Shown here in pieces: positions 52,296-64,000 of a stretch of DNA of 64,000 nucleotides (position 1 is its first letter; every line of letters starts with the position of its first letter). Under the pieces are notes generated by a model. It was not told where the DNA came from and did no database searches. It was given only the letters and a program-made list of their open reading frames with translations. Made by a program: the position numbers and the translations under genes. The stretch is from Octopus sinensis (lineage: Eukaryota), in assembly GCF_006345805.1 (NCBI RefSeq), contig NC_043009.1, positions 68,138,001 through 68,202,000 on the forward strand, written 5' to 3'.

Positions 52296-52492
52296 TCTTC
52301 ATCATCATCATCATCATTATTATTATTACTATTATTATTACTATTACTATTACTATTATTATTATTATTATTCAGTAGTTTCATATTTATAGCGTGCTTT
52401 CACTTCACTACCGAGCGCAGCTCTGTGTGCCTTGGCTATGTGCTGTGATTTGTTGTGATGCTCTGATGGTTATTGTATGGAAAGTGTTCTGC

Positions 52493-52541
<49 letters not shown>

Positions 52542-52596
52542 CATCATCATCATCATTATTATCATTAAAGCCAAGCAACACTATTAATAATAATAC

Positions 52597-52800
52597 TCCT
52601 CTCAACTATAGGCACAAGCTCCTGAAATTTGAAAGAGGATGATATCAACTATCCTCCTCAACTGTTACTTATATTATCGACCCCGAAAGAATGAAAGGCA
52701 AAGTCGACCTCGGTAGAATTTGTACTCAGAAAGTAAAGACGGGCGAAATACCGCTAAGCATTTTCCGCGGATTGCTAACGCTTCTGGCGGCTCACCGCAT
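52597..52800 (-). mobile_element. SINE-A
   Basis: atcgaccccgaaagaatgaaaggcaaagtcgacctcggtagaatttgtactcagaa...gaaataccgctaagcattt. Confidence 0.8.
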
Positions 52801-52861
52801 TTTATTAGTATTATTACTGTTAGTAATGATAATAATACCAACAATAATTATGACGATGGTA

Positions 52862-52893
<32 letters not shown>

Positions 52894-53417
52894 ATCTTTT
52901 ATTGGCCTCAAGGGCCCTACGGGAATTAAGAATGGTTTACTGGCAACTATGCAACAAGTTTCGATTGGCGGATGCGAGAAATTGGTATGAATATGAGCAA
53001 AAGGCTGTGGTGGAAAATGTCAGAGCAAACGTATTTCGCTATTTCTTGATCGAACGTGATCATTGAATCGATCATCGAAAAATCTGATATTGCACGAATA
53101 GACAAGGGAAAACATTGTGTTTGGTCATAGAAATCGCATGCCCTAGAAATGGCAGAATCGTCGAAAAAGAAGCAGAAAGACTGACGCGATATGAAACTCT
53201 GAGGAGAGAAATCAAAAAGCTGTACCAATGCAGAAAGCGTATAGCGTTCCAAAAATTGGGGGAAGCCAGGAAAAGAAATTGTTGTCAATGATAGGAATAG
53301 AAAGGAAAACAGAGCATATTTAGAATTCAGAAGACAACATTAAGTGAGAGTGCAAATAACCTCTACAGTGTTCTCGAAACGTATAAAGAATGTACCATTA
53401 TAGTGAACGGGAAAGGA

Positions 53418-53799
53418 CATGGAAGCACTCCGTCGGTTACGACGACGAGGGTTCCGGTTGATCCGAATCAACGGAACAGCCTGCTCGTGAAATTAACGTG
53501 TAAGTGGCTGAGCACTCCACAGACACGTGTACCCTTAACGTAGTTCTCGGGGATATTCAGCGTGACACAGAGAGTGACAAGGCCGGCACTTTGAAATACA
53601 GGTACAACAGAAACAGGAAGTAAGAGTGAGAGAAAGTTGTGGTGAAAGAGTACAGCAGGGACCGCCACCATCCCCTGCCGGAGCCTCATGAAGCTTTAGG
53701 TGTTTTCGCTCAATAAACACTCACAACGCCCGGTCTGGGAATCCGCGATCCTATGACCACGAGTCCGCTGCCCTAACCACTAGGCCATTGCGCCTCCAC
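53418..53799 (-). mobile_element. Full-length SINE-C with 14-bp TSD
   Basis: Flanks tgaacgggaaagga (53404-53417) and tgaacgggaaggga (53800-53813). Confidence 0.9.
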
Positions 53800-54161
53800 T
53801 GAACGGGAAGGGAACAGCTGGTACATTAATGGCACCGCCAACAACAAGCTATGCCAGATAAAATGATGACGATGATAATAATGATGGATTGTCCCGTCGA
53901 AGCCAACGTATGAGCGTTCAGTATTTGCCGGATGACGATTAGCGATGAAATGTTCGTGCGGCACATTGGCTCACACTTTCCATCAAATCGACGTTGTCTG
54001 AACGAGTGCACAGTGTGCCACCCGTCGGGTGTGGAGGTGATCACACACACCAACGTGAGATGAAGTGTTTTGCTCAAGACGCACCATCCGCTCTAGGAAT
54101 TGAAATCACGGTCGCTAGTTCAAGAATGTAACACCTTAACCACTAAACCATGCGCTCTCTG

Positions 54162-54226
<65 letters not shown>

Positions 54227-54259
54227 TATAATTATAATTATAATAATAATAATAATAAT

Positions 54260-54600
54260 AACTGTGCGTACTGGGTATTTGGGTTGACTGTCAAGTTACA
54301 ACGAGAACCTCAGACAGACTGCACTTTGCGTAGTTTGCGCGCAGTTGTAAGTCAAGCCGATTTTTGCAATTCATTAAGATTTTAGGGTATTTTTAAAACG
54401 CCCAGATGTTGCTTGAAGCTGGATGGTATTGAATCCAATGCTCTAATGACAACAGGAACGACCTTTATGTTTGACTTTTGTAGTTGACATATCTTGTCAA
54501 TCTATAGCATCGCGATATTGAATATTGTGCGATGTCTTATATGATAATAATATAAAAAATGATTTATTAATAACATCCGTAAGGGAAATGTTATGTTTAG
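54260..54600 (-). mobile_element. LINE 3' remnant (R4/Dong-like)
   Basis: Minus strand KVVPVVIRALDSIP resembles the VVPVVIGALG motif. Confidence 0.4.
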
Positions 54601-55704
54601 AATAAGCGAAACAATGCAGACAAACAGATGACGTAAACAGTGGGAATTGCACATCCACAACACCCAGGAAATATTTCACGCATATTATGCAGAGAGTGTT
54701 AAATACAATAGAAAGGAGACAAGTAAAACAATGCAAAATAAACTAAAAAAAGAAAAACACATAAAAACAAAGCAGAAATAGTAATATAGAAATTGTAAAT
54801 ATTTCCAACAAAGCAAGATAAATATTTCAATTTATATTATAATTGTCTTTTTAATGTCACTGAAATGTATAAATATCGTAGCATTTCACATTCGCCCATT
54901 CAGCCATTTTTGATGAAGAGAAACTAACATTAAGTTGAAAAATAATCATTATTTTCCTTTGAAATTTGAGAGAAGTTTTCAAAGTGTTAAATTCTGCCAT
55001 TATTTAATGAAAATAAATTATTAATTAATATTGATGATTCTCCTCTCTCTTTTTCTTTTCCCGGCTTGTTTTCGTTCTGACAGTTTTAAAATATGGAGTC
55101 GCTGAACTTTAAAATGAGATGACATCGAGAAGCGAATGTTTTTGTCGACGAAGCTAATGGCGGTTTGCGAAGACGACGACAGCGACAATGGTGATGATGC
55201 TGATGATGATGATGATGATGATGACTGATGACGACGACGACGAAGATAGTGGTGAAGATGTTATACAGTGAAAATTAAGATCGGGAAGATAAGGTCGAAT
55301 ATGATCATCTTATCGTTAGTGACAATAACACTAACGATAAAAATAAAGACAACATTAAAACAAATGATGGCGATGATCACAGTGACATTGTGGATAGTAA
55401 TGATTCCTCTATAAAGAAAAAAAAAGGTTGAAAGGGGTGATGAAATTGTTGCAAAGAGCAAAACAGTTGAACAAGACCGAAAGTATTGTAGACTTCAAAT
55501 GTATTCGTGAAAAAATGGAAAGAAAATTTCGAAAAAATCAAAATAAAACCCATTAAATAATTTTAAACTAAAAGAATCTGGAAGATCTAAGAAACTTGAC
55601 AGACTGTGGAATGAAATTTGTTTTAATTAATTTTTCGGAGAAAATTGAATATACATATATGTACACGTACACACGCACACAAGCATACACACACACACAC
55701 ACAC

Positions 55705-55747
<43 letters not shown>

Positions 55748-55759
55748 GAACACACACAT

Positions 55760-55800
<41 letters not shown>

Positions 55801-55930
55801 TATATATGTATGTATGTATGTATACAAATGTACACATGCATACATAAACATACACTGAATCACATACAGATATGTACATATATCTATATCCAACTATCAT
55901 CTATCTATGAATCTTCTCTCTCTCTCTCTC

Positions 55931-55961
<31 letters not shown>

Positions 55962-56045
55962 TATAGATATATATTATATATACACGTATTATATACCTAT
56001 ATATATATACATATATATATATGTATATATATGTATATATATATA

Positions 56046-56119
<74 letters not shown>

Positions 56120-56642
56120 GTATGTATATATATATATATATACTTCTATGTTTTCTCCAAATATGGAGTCCAAGCTAGCAAAATGATTCTCTAGTCATCA
56201 TGACTATACAGATTTATAATCAATTTCTTAATTTAAAAGACTTCGTGTTAAATGTTTTCAAACTTTCTGCCTTTACTCTTAGGCTCCGATTTGTCGATTC
56301 CAAACACATATCAATGAATGAGCATCCCCAATATTGTGTAAAAACAATAAAGTTTGTTTATTTCAAAAATATTATTGCTAAATTTTTGCATTTATATAAT
56401 CATATATGCTAATTTATGATAATAAATACTAATATAAAGTGAAAAAGAAAAATATACAATATATAACCTGCATAGGCACATGAATATTATGTCTACATAC
56501 ACAAATATATATATATATAATATATATATATAATATATATCTATATATATTATATATACATAAATACATACATAACATGTATTTATATAATACGTACATG
56601 CATAGGCCTACACACATATATTCATATATACCTATACATTAT

Positions 56643-56673
<31 letters not shown>

Positions 56674-57553
56674 CACACATACAAATATATACACTCGCAT
56701 ACAAATATATATATTCTCACTTACTAATATGTATTTATATTTCAAGTGTACCTAAAGTGTTTTAAATTTTAAAGATGTATATATTTATCTAAATTTTGAT
56801 TCTCATATTATTTTTGACATTTTCTAAGAAACCATATTAATATTGAATAAATTCATCTCAATATCGGTATTCTCACACACACACACACTCACCACACACA
56901 CACACATATACATATGTATATATATGTATACATATATATACATATGTATAATAATATATACATATATATATATTATTATTTTATTATATTATATATATTA
57001 TATATATATATATATATATAATATATATATACTATATATATATATATAGATATATAATATTTATATACATATATACATGCACAACACACACAGGGATAGA
57101 TAATTACACACCACACACACACCAAACACACTCAAACACACCTTTTTCACACAAGCACATGCATGATCTTGTATTTGTGATACTTGCGTGTATACGAAAG
57201 TTTGAGGACGAATGACCTTTCCTGATATAAGTTGTGATGCTAAATACATGCATATAAGTAAATGCATGCGCACTTGCACATGCGCACGTCAACCCTTGAT
57301 TTCCTCGGCGATAGTGTACGCAGAAAGAATTTTACTTATCAGAATTTGTTGACTTACCTTCATGTCACCTCATGTCAACGTGAGATCCGTGCAGATAGAC
57401 AAGAAATTTCTTTCCCGTTTGATATTATGTTCTATCATTTGTTGTATGACATATATCGATCCCAAATAATTATAAGAAGTAGTTTTATATGAAGATTTAA
57501 TTTTGATCAATCGATCTCAGCTCTTGGCTGAAATAATATGCATATTTATGTAC

Positions 57554-57624
<71 letters not shown>

Positions 57625-57832
57625 ATATATAATATATATATATATAATTTATATATATATATATTTATCTATATATATATTTATATATTATATATATGTA
57701 TATACATATATATATATATATATATATACATGTATATATATGTATGTATATATATATATACATATATATATATTATATATATACATATATACATATATAT
57801 ATATATACATACATACATATATACATACATAT

Positions 57833-57878
<46 letters not shown>

Positions 57879-58935
57879 ATAGGGAGAGAGAGAGATAAGT
57901 GTATGTGTTGTATGTGTGTGCGTGGGCATGCAAAAATAAGTTACGAAAAATCACTCAGATCAATAATGAATGTCTTATCAGACAATAAGCCTGTCTTTTT
58001 ATTGACTGGCAGGTGAATTGTGGATAATTCTCGATTCTGGAGAATATCTCCCGTTCTCACATGGATCTGTTTCCAATTGATATTTGACAATTCTGACACG
58101 TGCTCTAAAGACGAAGAAATTTTAAGAACTCAAGAATTCATGGTTTACAAAAAAAATTATACACGTGTATACGTGTGCCTATGTGTGCGTCTCTGTGCTT
58201 GTGTTTGCGTCTGCGTGTACGTATTGGAAGCACATGACACTAGCTACCATGTAAGCATTATTAAAACAATTACCTCTTACGTCCTCAGCTAATTTTCTAC
58301 TCTCCACTCACTTTTATTTTGACAAATGAAAACACTTCGAAACGTCAGTTATTATTCCTTTAACCCCAGTCAAACGTGTTGTAAACTCAACGCATCAAAC
58401 TGTGCATTTTTTTATAGTTTTGTCCCAACCATTTTCCTTTACTTTTGTTTCTATGTTTGTTATTTCCACTGGATATGCATTTGTTCTACTAACCAGAAGA
58501 GAAAGTCATCATTACTAAACAGCATTAAGACACACAAACACACACACACACACACACATACGCATATATATATCTAGTTATATCATTATGCTTCTATGTT
58601 TATGTGTGTATACGGACATATTTTCCTAGATGTGCTCATGCGAAAACAATAAAAAGACTAAAAAAATATTTAAGTGCGTTCATCTGAGCATAGTTCAATC
58701 ACAACATATGTTTTTTTAATGGTCTGATTTTACACATGCAGCCATTCACAAAAAAGCATTCAACGCGAAATGGATACACGCAAAATGCCTACCAAAAACG
58801 CTGATACACAGTTGCATGAAAATATATTTTATAGAGATATGCATAAAAATAACAATACAATATATGTATCTGTATTTGTAAGTACATGCGTACATATATC
58901 TATACATACACACATATTGTGTTACGTGTTTGTAC

Positions 58936-58972
<37 letters not shown>

Positions 58973-59491
58973 GATATTATATATATAATATATAATATAT
59001 CTGTATATATATATATAATATATATATAATATCTGTATATATAATATATATATATATATATATTATATATTATATATATATATATATATACAGATATATA
59101 TACTATATATGTGTGTAATATATATATATACATGTATATATGTATATTGTAAATTATACACATCATTATATTTGTATGAGCTATTCTTCTGGGCACCTTA
59201 CTACAATTTTATTCTGCTAATATTGGCACATTCTGCAAAATATATGAAAAATTCAAAAAAAAATTATGGTACTTATACCGTCAAAAATCACCTTCCAACA
59301 AAATAAATCGGAATATATTTTTGCTTCCTTTAATTTCTTAAAAATTTTCTGCCTCAAAAACAAAAACAAAAAACCTGAAAGAGAATCACAAATTTGCAGC
59401 TTTGCTATAAATGTTTCTAAATTTTAAATAAATATTTATACATATCATTTTTTTTTAATCATATATGCATGTAAGGTATATTATATATTAT

Positions 59492-59539
<48 letters not shown>

Positions 59540-59637
59540 AAATGGAGTTAAACGCAGGTGTTATTCAAATTTACTTCCGACATATGTTTCGAAGATAACA
59601 CTGGTATTATTCCAAAGAAAGAAGTGCGTTTATTTTC

Positions 59638-59705
<68 letters not shown>

Positions 59706-59884
59706 AAATATTTCCATCAACCCAGAGTTCTACCTTTACGAACGGGGGTTACATCCTTATTGCTTGTGTAATTTTTTGCTGCCCTGGTAACTGTTAATTT
59801 ATTTTTTCGTGTCAATTGTAAAATACACGCATCATATATATAATATATATATATACATATAATAAGATATATATATATCCATAC

Positions 59885-59933
<49 letters not shown>

Positions 59934-59975
59934 CATACATATATATATATATATATCATATATATATATATACAT

Positions 59976-60008
<33 letters not shown>

Positions 60009-60444
60009 TATACATTTTTACCTACATGCATATTGTCCATTTGTATATATGCATACACAGTCCAATATCTGAGGAATTGTGTAAGAGCTCGTCATTACAT
60101 TATACGTCCGAAATATTTTGCAATGATATATTGAGTCCCGTTCTAATCACAACGCTTTATGTGCAAAATAATTGAAACCCGGCAGTGCAAGCTCGTAAGA
60201 TGTTTGACAATTTGACAGTTTCCCTATCCGTAAAACAGACTTTGACGTATTTGGACAACACTTAATATCATAGGGTGCAAAAAAAATAAATATTCACTTC
60301 TTTTTATGGATACATATACCAGCAACACCTACATTTATATCTACCCATGCACAAAATACGCATGCGCAGAAGTAGCACTGAATCCTCTATTCCTATATAT
60401 ATGTGTGTATATGCGTATATATATATATATATATATGATATATA

Positions 60445-60486
<42 letters not shown>

Positions 60487-60521
60487 ATGTATAGATACAT
60501 ATGTATGTCTCTATACATGTG

Positions 60522-60588
<67 letters not shown>

Positions 60589-60750
60589 ATATATATATAT
60601 ATATAATTGATATATGATAATTTTTGCCTTTCGGGAAAAAAAGTTTATCAATGGCCAGCATATCAAAAAATGCTTTTAAAGGTAAAATTTATACTAATTT
60701 ACAAGATAAGGGCAGAAGAAAAATTTGTTCTGCTCTATCTCGTAAATTAT

Positions 60751-60836
<86 letters not shown>

Positions 60837-61113
60837 ATATATATTACATTATATTTCCTATGATATATAATGCTGTCCCTTTTTTTCTGGGTTTTCAAAT
60901 TTTTCTACTCGCAGTCCGGTTACAAATCATATTCCTAAATTCCTGCTGTCTTCAAAGTATTATTAATGTAAGGCCAGGCTAAACCTTACGGAAAATAGTC
61001 CACTAATATCAGAATTGAGGTCAATATTGATGTTTGCAATGCATTTGTTACACAAGTTTTGGTAGTTGTATGAGCTTTCATAACGCATCTTCTTCAGACG
61101 ATGCACACAACAT

Positions 61114-61183
<70 letters not shown>

Positions 61184-61514
61184 ATATGTATACATATTTA
61201 TATATATGTATATAGGTAAAAGATATCATACGTGCCGCACCAATAACGTTCCTCTCTCTCCCGCTCGTTAGCTTCGGTAAGTCTTCAGTTTCTTATAGGT
61301 CTCAACTAATTACCACTACTAATTAGGCGGTTCACATCCTCTGTTATTTTTGGGCAGCCTCCATAGTATTACATCTGATATGACGTGTTGCTTAACACTT
61401 TGGCAGTGACCAGGAAACCTTATTCTGCGTTCACAAAAATTGTACAAAAACATGAGAATTGACTATACATACATACATGCATATATGTGTGTGTATGTAT
61501 ATATATACATGGTG

Positions 61515-61573
<59 letters not shown>

Positions 61574-61679
61574 CATACATATATATATACGAAATTTCTT
61601 GGAGCGATTACCGCAGTTATGTCGTTTTCACATTCACTCCAACTAAATGTATTTACATTTTTTTTTATATATACGTGTG

Positions 61680-61712
<33 letters not shown>

Positions 61713-61802
61713 GATATTATATATAATATATATATATATATATATCATATATATATCTATATATATATATATATATATAATATATATCTAGATATATATA
61801 TA

Positions 61803-62205
61803 GGCGCAGGAGTGGCTGTTTGGTAAGTAGTTGCTAACCAACCACATGGTTCAGGGTTCAGTCCCACTGCGTGGAATCTTGAGCACGTGTCTCTGCTATA
61901 GCCCGGGCCGACCAATGCCTTGTGAGTGGATTTTGGTAGACGGAACTGAAAGAAGCCTGTCGTATATATGTATATATATATAAGTGTGTGTGAATATGTT
62001 AGTGTGTCTGTGTTTGTTTCCCCTAGCATTGCTGACAACCGATGCTTGTGTGTGTTTACGTCCCCGTCACTTAGCGGTTCGGCAAAAGAGACCGATAGAA
62101 TAAGTACTGGGCTTACAAAGAAAAGTCCCGGGATCGATTTGCTCGACTAAGGCGGTGCTCCACATGGCCGCAGTCAAATGACTAAACAAGTAAAAAGAGA
62201 GAAAA
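61803..62205 (+). mobile_element. Full-length SINE-B
   Basis: ggcgcaggagtggctgtttggtaagtag...ggttcagtcccactgcgtgg...(TA)(TG)...ggcaaaagagaccgatagaataagtac...gcagtcaaatgactaaacaagtaaaaag. Confidence 0.9.
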
Positions 62206-63118
62206 AAGGAAAGATATATATATATATATATATCTATATATATATATATATATATATATCCACGTATACCCAAATTTATATATGCATTCGCCCAAACACA
62301 CATGTGTGTATGGAGACACACGAGCATGCGAACGCAAACACATGCACATATTCATATATATGACACACTGCCGACTGGTTTTGGCATGAGGGACCGAATG
62401 TTAAAGCGTGGGTTCGTGCTGTAAGTTTTCTCTTTGAGCAGGATGATTTATTGTTTTATAGTGCATTCACAATACAGACAACAGATTTACCTATGATATT
62501 TGCAGTTGTCATGGTTCATATGGTTTTCACCTACATCATATCAGAGTCTCGTTTTTCTTGTACTTTGGTTTTTCCTAATTATGTGCCTGTCTACAAAAAT
62601 GGCACCGAGTGTAACAGTTTCAAATTTCAAACAAAATCACTGTGATGCAATTTACGATTAAATATGTCAATTTTGTATGAGACGAGCAAGTTGAAGTTGT
62701 ACAACGTTAAATACATGAAAAAGATAAAAGGATAGCAGAAAGGAAAACGTTGTCTCGGTTAACATAAGCTATGATAATTTCAGAAACAGATTCAACACGG
62801 CAAACAGCTATTGATTTCAGTGAGCTACTTGGTTCCATATCTAAAGTGTGCCAACTAAATTCCTCGATATAGGACCGAAGAATAACATGTTCTGTTTGGA
62901 GCACTGTAAACTTAGCTCTTACCTTCTCTCCGTCCCCCTCTCTTTACCTCTGGCTGTCTGTCTGTTTATCTCTATCTCTCTATCTCTTCCTCTGTATACA
63001 TTTCTTATGTAAAACGAAAGACCAAATCTGACTCGAGTTGAATAATAACAATTATATTTCTGTGAACATGTCTTTCTGTATGTATATGAGTGTATATGCA
63101 TATATATTATATATATAT

Positions 63119-63618
63119 ACTAGCAGTATCGCCCGGCGTTGCTCGGGTTTGTAAGGGAAATAACTATATAGCATTTTTAGAGAGTTACTTCCCTATAATT
63201 CGGGCTTTCTTAGCCATTTTTGTTTGGGTGTCTTCAAGCCATGAAGTCGTTGTTCTAAAAGAACGCTGGTTTCCTTCACAACGCATTACGACGTTGATTT
63301 CTTACACTCCCTTCCCCACAGCTTCACGAGGGAGGGAAGGGGGAGAAGCAAACAGGTGCAGCTGTGAGCGTGGACGCCAACTCCGCCGCCATCGACACAC
63401 GATGCATTTTATGCATAAAAATGGAATAAAAATGATGTTAAATTATTTTAAATCGTAGACTCATCGTTGACGCGCGCTAATAGTCAGACGGGCTCGATAT
63501 GAATCAGGACTATAAACACACCGAATTTGGTTAAACTCAACCGCAAAATGTGGGGGGAGTTAGGAATCTAAATCGAAGGGGACAGACACTCACACAACTA
63601 GAGTTTATATATATAGAT
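63119..63618 (+). mobile_element. Helentron/DINE-1-like non-autonomous rolling-circle element
   Basis: Starts ACTAG followed by hairpin CCCG-gcgttgct-CGGG; ends ...cacacaactagagtttatatatatagat; inserted in (TA)n. Confidence 0.6.
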
Positions 63619-63803
63619 ATATATAATATATATACATATACATGTATGTACGTATACATATATATGAATATATATAAATAGATAAATATAAATATATCTA
63701 TAGATATACCTGATGTCTAGGTATATATACATATAAGATATATATATATATAATCATGTCTCTCTATTCATATACACATCCTTATATATACATATATATA
63801 TAC

Positions 63804-63836
<33 letters not shown>

Positions 63837-64000
63837 CATACACACACATACATAAATGCATACATACATACATACATACATACATACATACATACATACA
63901 TACATACATACATACATACATACATACATACATAATACATACATATGTATATCAGGCTGAGGAAAAAGTAAGCAACGTTTTGAAACATGAAATTCATCAC

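Larger units (their letters stand above)
50340..53345 (+). mobile_element. Highly decayed R4/Dong-like LINE carrying later insertions
   Basis: RT-like remnants (KLNHLFMSDL; ERYEQKTRNRFTGYRSL) and, after the inserts, endonuclease-region remnants (DHRKSDIARIDK..IEIACPRNGRIVEKEAERLTRYETLRREIKKL). Confidence 0.55.

Noticed and set aside
58315-58350. TTGACAA...GAAACGTCAG, resembling a minimal hammerhead
   Set aside because: The core is mutated at two positions and neither stem I nor stem II pairs properly; too degenerate to claim.
44-64000. Dozens of ORFs rich in YI/CV/HT/MYV/poly-D/H/L
   Set aside because: They are translations of (TA)n, (CA)n, (TATG)n, (ATT)n, (CAT)n and (TCTA)n microsatellites, with no domain content or splice support.

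Overview
AT-rich, microsatellite-saturated eukaryotic genomic DNA. The repeat landscape strongly suggests a coleoid cephalopod, most likely Octopus (inferred from pattern recognition, not a search). The only well-supported protein-coding gene is the 3' two-thirds of a + strand Cys-loop ligand-gated anion-channel subunit (glycine receptor/GluCl-like). Four phase-compatible exons (1690-1772, 30737-30868, 32990-33378, 41875-42057) encode the Cys-loop, loops B/F/C, M1-M4 and the stop. The 5' exons lie upstream of the window. A candidate 33-nt in-frame microexon (39176-39208) falls in the M3-M4 loop. The subunit has atypical ligand-site (loop B K for E157, loop C E for T204) and pore (6' Leu, 15' Arg) residues. 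The rest is intron/intergenic DNA with at least four tRNA-derived SINE families, R4/Dong-type LINE remnants, Tc1/mariner remnants, a Helentron/DINE-like element and a ~935-bp near-identical tandem duplication. The most unusual non-coding signal is a set of (TA)n-anchored fold-back palindromes, several containing minimal type I hammerhead-ribozyme-shaped motifs in varying states of decay. Almost all other ORFs in the track are microsatellite translations.
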